A program made the translations under genes and the position numbers. From Ignavibacteriales bacterium (GTDB lineage: Bacteria > Bacteroidota > Ignavibacteria > T3Sed10-11), in contig PWYR01000073.1 of the NCBI GenBank assembly GCA_003567775.1, forward strand, positions 1 through 51,638: a stretch of DNA of 51,638 nt, written 5' to 3'. The notes beneath the pieces are model-generated. The model worked only from the letters and a program-made list of their open reading frames with translations, was not told where the DNA came from and ran no database searches. Shown one piece after another: positions 47,554 to 51,638 of this stretch (position 1 is its first letter; the number at the start of each line of letters is the position of its first letter).

Positions 47554-48906
47554 TTATTCTTTATCTATACCTTCAAGTCTATCTTGTTGTAATTTCACAA
47601 GCACACGTTGATGGCAATAATCGCGCAACTCTTTTATTTTAATTCGATCGATAACATCGCTTGCAAAGGCATACGTGAGAATATCGCGCGCCATATCTCT
47701 CTGAATACCGCGCGTTTGCAGATAAAACAATGCCTCCTCATCAAGCTGACCGATCGTTGCGCCGTGCGTACACTTAACATCATCGGCAAAGATCTCGAGC
47801 TGCGGCTTCGTATCTATACTTGCGCCATCGGACAGTAAAAGTGCTTGATTCGTTTGTTTTGCATCGGTTTTTTGTGCATCGAGACGGACAAAAATCTTCC
47901 CGTTAAAAACGCCCCTCGCACTACCGTCAAGCACTCCTTTATACAACTCATGACTGTTACAATGCGGTTTCGCATGATCGATAGTCGTGTGATTGTCAAT
48001 GAGTTGACTGCCAGTACCAAGATACAATCCATTTAGCGTAGATTCAACCCCTTCGGCATCGAGAGTCGCCCGCGGATTATTCCTGACAATCAAACCGCCG
48101 AAATCTATCGCATTGGACACAAAATTACTGTTTGCCATTTGATAGGTCTGTATCGTCGACACATGATATGCCTCACTACTCTCTTCTTGCACCTTATGGT
48201 GCTCAATGTGCGCATTTTCGTCAACAAATACTTCTGTGACGGCATTGGTGAAATAACGGTTATTTTTAATTCCGGTATAGGTTTCAATGATCGTTGCTTT
48301 ACTGTGCTTCCCTGCAATGAATAAATTCCGCGGGTAACTAACAAACGGCTCGCTTTTGCCTGATGCCAGGAAAAGCAGATGTATCGGTTTCTCTATCAAA
48401 GCATTATCAGAAAGATAAATATAAGCGCCATCGTTAATGAATGCTGTATTCAACGCCGTAAAGGCATCATCATCATACCGTGCATATTTAGTGAGATGTT
48501 GTTTCACGGCTGCAGCATCTGCCCGCAATGCTTCGGCAAGACTTCCGATTTTAACCCCGTCGGGCAGGTCACGCACGGATGAATGTTTCCCGGAAAAATG
48601 ACCGTCGATAAACACAAGCAGGTGTACAGCAAGTCCGTTGTAATCGTATCGTAATATATCATTTGTTGATACAAGATCGAAATCGGGCTGGATAATGTGT
48701 TTAAAATTTTCTTTCGCGATGGATGCAACGTTTGTATATTTCCACTCCTCATTCCGTGTGGTCGGGAAACCGAGTTCATCAAACTTTCTGAGCGCATCAC
48801 GCCGAACGTCATGACACCAACTACCGGCTTCACCATTCAGGTTTTTTTCGAACGTCTCGAAATTTGATAAATACAACTGATTATTTTCTTTTATTGCCAA
48901 TGCCAT
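47554..48906 (-). CDS. sufD: Fe-S cluster assembly protein SufD
   Basis: EEWKYT, VFNGKI, KPQLEIFADDVKCTHGAT and LFYLQTRGI. Confidence 0.96.
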   Translation of the reverse strand: MALAIKENNQLYLSNFETFEKNLNGEAGSWCHDVRRDALRKFDELGFPTTRNEEWKYTNVASIAKENFKHIIQPDFDLVSTNDILRYDYNGLAVHLLVFIDGHFSGKHSSVRDLPDGVKIGSLAEALRADAAAVKQHLTKYARYDDDAFTALNTAFINDGAYIYLSDNALIEKPIHLLFLASGKSEPFVSYPRNLFIAGKHSKATIIETYTGIKNNRYFTNAVTEVFVDENAHIEHHKVQEESSEAYHVSTIQTYQMANSNFVSNAIDFGGLIVRNNPRATLDAEGVESTLNGLYLGTGSQLIDNHTTIDHAKPHCNSHELYKGVLDGSARGVFNGKIFVRLDAQKTDAKQTNQALLLSDGASIDTKPQLEIFADDVKCTHGATIGQLDEEALFYLQTRGIQRDMARDILTYAFASDVIDRIKIKELRDYCHQRVLVKLQQDRLEGIDKE

Positions 48907-48908
48907 TG

Positions 48909-49688
48909 TTACACTGTCTCCTCAAGTTTTGCTTTGACATCCGAATATTCTGCTCTGATTTGATCGTACCCCTTTTCTTCAAGTTCAATCGCAAGGTTTT
49001 TATCGCCGGACTTGACAATTTTTCCATTCAAGAGAATATGTACGTAATCCGGGACGATGTAATTGAGCAGCCGCTGATAGTGTGTGACGACGATAATAGC
49101 GCGATCTTTGGTGCGCAATCTGTTGACACCGTCGGAAACGATACGCAAAGCATCTATATCCAAGCCCGAATCGGTCTCATCCATAATAGCGAGCTTCGGT
49201 TCGAGTACCGCCATCTGAAGTATCTCATTTCGCTTCTTCTCACCGCCCGAGAATCCCTCGTTAACTGAGCGATTCAACATATCGGTGCTGATATCCAGTA
49301 TCTTTGCCTTTTCTTTGATGTGCTTCAGGAAATCCATTGCATCGAGTGGTTCGAGTCCCTGATGCTTTCTTATCTCGTTTAGGCCTGTTTTCAGAAAGTA
49401 TGAATTCGTCACACCCGGTATCTCAACGGGATACTGGAAGGCCATGAATAATCCTTCGCGTGCCCGCTCATCCGGTTCCATATCGAGCATATCTTTCCCG
49501 AGATAGGTAATTTCACCGCCCGTTACGTCATAGGTATCGCGTCCGCTGATAACCTGCGCAAGCGTACTTTTTCCCGAACCGTTCGGTCCCATGATGGCAT
49601 GAACTTCGCCCGGTTTTACGGATAAATCAATCCCCTTGAGGATCTGAGTTCCTTCAATCTCTACATGTAAATTTTTTACGTCCAGCAT
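48909..49688 (-). CDS. sufC: Fe-S cluster assembly ATPase SufC
   Basis: MGPNGSGKST, FQYPVEIPGV, GFSGGEKKR and DETDSGLDIDAL. Confidence 0.97.
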   Translation of the reverse strand: MLDVKNLHVEIEGTQILKGIDLSVKPGEVHAIMGPNGSGKSTLAQVISGRDTYDVTGGEITYLGKDMLDMEPDERAREGLFMAFQYPVEIPGVTNSYFLKTGLNEIRKHQGLEPLDAMDFLKHIKEKAKILDISTDMLNRSVNEGFSGGEKKRNEILQMAVLEPKLAIMDETDSGLDIDALRIVSDGVNRLRTKDRAIIVVTHYQRLLNYIVPDYVHILLNGKIVKSGDKNLAIELEEKGYDQIRAEYSDVKAKLEETV

Positions 49689-49742
49689 TCGTGCTTATCT
49701 CCGAATTATTAATGTAACATTATTTTAATTTTGAAAATATTA

Positions 49743-51269
49743 TTATCCGACACTTCCTTCAAGACTGACACCGAGAAGCTTCTGCGCTTCGACGGCGAAC
49801 TCCATCGGCAATTCCTTGAATACCTCTTTCGCAAATCCATTCACAATGATTGAAACGGCATCTTCGGTCGATATACCGCGCTGATTGCAGTAAAAGATCT
49901 GATCTTCACCGATCTTTGAAGTCGTCGCTTCGTGTTCAATCTGTGACGATGTATTCTTGGCTTCAATATACGGGAATGTATGCGCACCGCACCGGTCTCC
50001 GAGCAATAACGAATCGCACTGTGAGAAGTTGCGTGCGTTCTCTGCATTCTTCATCACCCTGACGAGTCCGCGGTACGAATTCTGGCTCACACCACCCGCA
50101 ATACCTTTGGCAACGATATTGCTCCTGGTGTTCTTTCCGATGTGTATCATCTTCGTTCCGGTATCCGCCTGCTGGTGATTCATAGTAAGCGCTACGGAAT
50201 AGAACTCACCCATCGAGTTATCACCCTGCAAAATAACGCTCGGATATTTCCACGTAATAGCAGAACCTGTTTCTACCTGCGTCCATGAAATCTTTGAGTT
50301 GACGCCTGCACATTTACCGCGCTTGGTCACAAAGTTGTAAATACCGCCCTTTCCGTCTTTATCACCGGGGTACCAGTTTTGAACGGTTGAGTACTTTATT
50401 TGTGCATCATCGAGAGCGATCAGCTCAACCACCGCGGCATGAAGCTGATGTGTATCACGCTTCGGGGCTGTACAACCTTCAAGATAGCTGACATAAGCGC
50501 TTTCTTCTGCAACGATAAGCGTTCTCTCGAACTGTCCGGTATTCTCGCTATTGATACGAAAGTAGGTTGACAATTCCATCGGACAGCGGACACCTTTCGG
50601 TATATAGACAAACGAACCGTCACTGAATACAGCGGAGTTCAAAGCCGCAAAGTAATTATCGTTATACGGAACAACCGATCCGATATACTTCCTAACGAGA
50701 TCGGGATGGTTCTGTACGGCTTCGGACATCGAACAGAAGATAATTCCTTCTTCGGCAAGCTTCTCCTTAAACGTTGTCGCCACCGACACGCTATCGAACA
50801 CCGCGTCGACCGCAACGCCGGCAAGCATCTTTTGCTCCTCAAGCGGGATACCGAGCTTTTTGTATGTTTCCAGCAACTCGGGATCGACTTCATCGAGACT
50901 CTTCGGTGCGTCATCTTTTGACTTTGGCGCCGCATAGTACCGCTGGCTCTGATAATCGATCGGCGGATACTTCACATTCACCCATGTCGGTTCCGTCATC
51001 TTTTGCCAGTTCCTGAACGCTTTCAAACGCCATGCAAGCATCCACTCCGGTTCTTTTTTCTTCAGAGATATAAACCGAACCACATCCTCATTCAACCCGG
51101 GAGAGGCATATTCTTGCTCAATGTCGGTAAAAAATCCCCACTTATATTCGCGATTACCGAGAGCTTCGAGAGTATCTTTCTCGGTTACTTTCTTCTTCGC
51201 TTTATGTATCTTTTTTTCTTCCGGAATAGTTTCTACCTGTGGTTGATCCTTCTCAAGCATATCACTCAT
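49743..51269 (-). CDS. sufB: Fe-S cluster assembly protein SufB
   Basis: [33 protein letters not shown] and HEATTSKI. Confidence 0.98.
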   Translation of the reverse strand: MSDMLEKDQPQVETIPEEKKIHKAKKKVTEKDTLEALGNREYKWGFFTDIEQEYASPGLNEDVVRFISLKKKEPEWMLAWRLKAFRNWQKMTEPTWVNVKYPPIDYQSQRYYAAPKSKDDAPKSLDEVDPELLETYKKLGIPLEEQKMLAGVAVDAVFDSVSVATTFKEKLAEEGIIFCSMSEAVQNHPDLVRKYIGSVVPYNDNYFAALNSAVFSDGSFVYIPKGVRCPMELSTYFRINSENTGQFERTLIVAEESAYVSYLEGCTAPKRDTHQLHAAVVELIALDDAQIKYSTVQNWYPGDKDGKGGIYNFVTKRGKCAGVNSKISWTQVETGSAITWKYPSVILQGDNSMGEFYSVALTMNHQQADTGTKMIHIGKNTRSNIVAKGIAGGVSQNSYRGLVRVMKNAENARNFSQCDSLLLGDRCGAHTFPYIEAKNTSSQIEHEATTSKIGEDQIFYCNQRGISTEDAVSIIVNGFAKEVFKELPMEFAVEAQKLLGVSLEGSVG

Positions 51270-51310
51270 AAATAAAACTCCATTGTGAATTAGTTCCTGC
51301 GATTGTTAAG

Positions 51311-51352
51311 ATTATAATTTTCAATGACTTAGAAAACAAGACTAATTTAGTC
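51311..51352 (-). promoter_or_regulatory. Proximal suf promoter with adjacent IscR/Rrf2-like palindromic operator
   Basis: GACTA-AAT-TAGTC palindrome (51340-51352) abutting TTGTTT-N17-TATAAT. Confidence 0.6.
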
Positions 51353-51408
51353 CTATTTGCACACAAAAAACAAGCGGCGTTAATTGCCGCAACCTTAAAT
51401 AATAATAC

Positions 51409-51437
51409 AAGTTATAAAAAATTTATGTCGAAATCAA
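51409..51437 (-). promoter_or_regulatory. Putative distal suf promoter
   Basis: TTGATT-N17-TAACTT. Confidence 0.45.
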
Positions 51438-51510
51438 ATGTTAAAATTTCATCCGTATCTAATTAAAAAACGAATGATTTCAGAACAAGGTTCCATTTGA
51501 TTAGTATTGT

Positions 51511-51636
51511 CTACTCCGCTGATTCGTGAGAACGAAGTCGTGAAAATTCAAGATTCCAGGCATCCGGATTTCGCACTTTAAGTGTTAATTCGCGCTGCAT
51601 CCGGGCACACTGACAACGTACAAAAATATTTCGATC
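51511..51636 (-). CDS. Possible 3' end of a CDS entering from beyond the window
   Basis: One open frame, DRNIFVRCQCARMQRELTLKVRNPDAWNLEFSRLRSHESAE*. No recognisable motif. Confidence 0.3.
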   Translation of the reverse strand, partial: DRNIFVRCQCARMQRELTLKVRNPDAWNLEFSRLRSHESAE

Positions 51637-51638
51637 AT

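Noticed and set aside
20114-51269. About 31 kb of uninterrupted minus-strand genes
   Set aside because: Consistent with ordinary leading-strand bias of housekeeping operons; no special explanation needed.

Overview
Core-genome window from a moderately AT-rich bacterium whose gene content points to the FCB group, possibly Ignavibacteria-like (bshA, DUF6249-type ECF operon, DUF3098-like protein, TWGxIK-tailed protein, TTGnnn-17-TAnnTT promoters). This placement is inferred, not searched. It holds about 52 CDS: recQ (partial), proline dehydrogenase, bshA, an ECF sigma/anti-sigma operon, uvrD/pcrA, ogt, nfeD-stomatin, csp, maf, lolCDE-like genes, frameshifted prfB, AtuA-family pair, aspS, trxA, dnaE, ALDH, proS, serA-like and a full suf cluster. 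It also holds three tRNAs (Ser-GGA, Lys-TTT, Leu-GAG). I saw no CRISPR array, IS element or prophage. Best leads: (1) a CCAEP-tailed radical SAM enzyme, NfuA, a reductase and an ATP-grasp ligase appended to the suf operon behind an IscR/Rrf2-like operator; (2) an unannotated ~80-nt candidate sRNA with its own promoter, two C-rich-loop hairpins and a terminator; (3) a BNR beta-propeller paired with a ubiquitin-like protein whose GG is capped by INN; (4) an in-frame fetA::fetB deletion fusion; (5) a small exported protein with a TWGSIK tail. All calls come from reading motifs by eye; no database searches were run.
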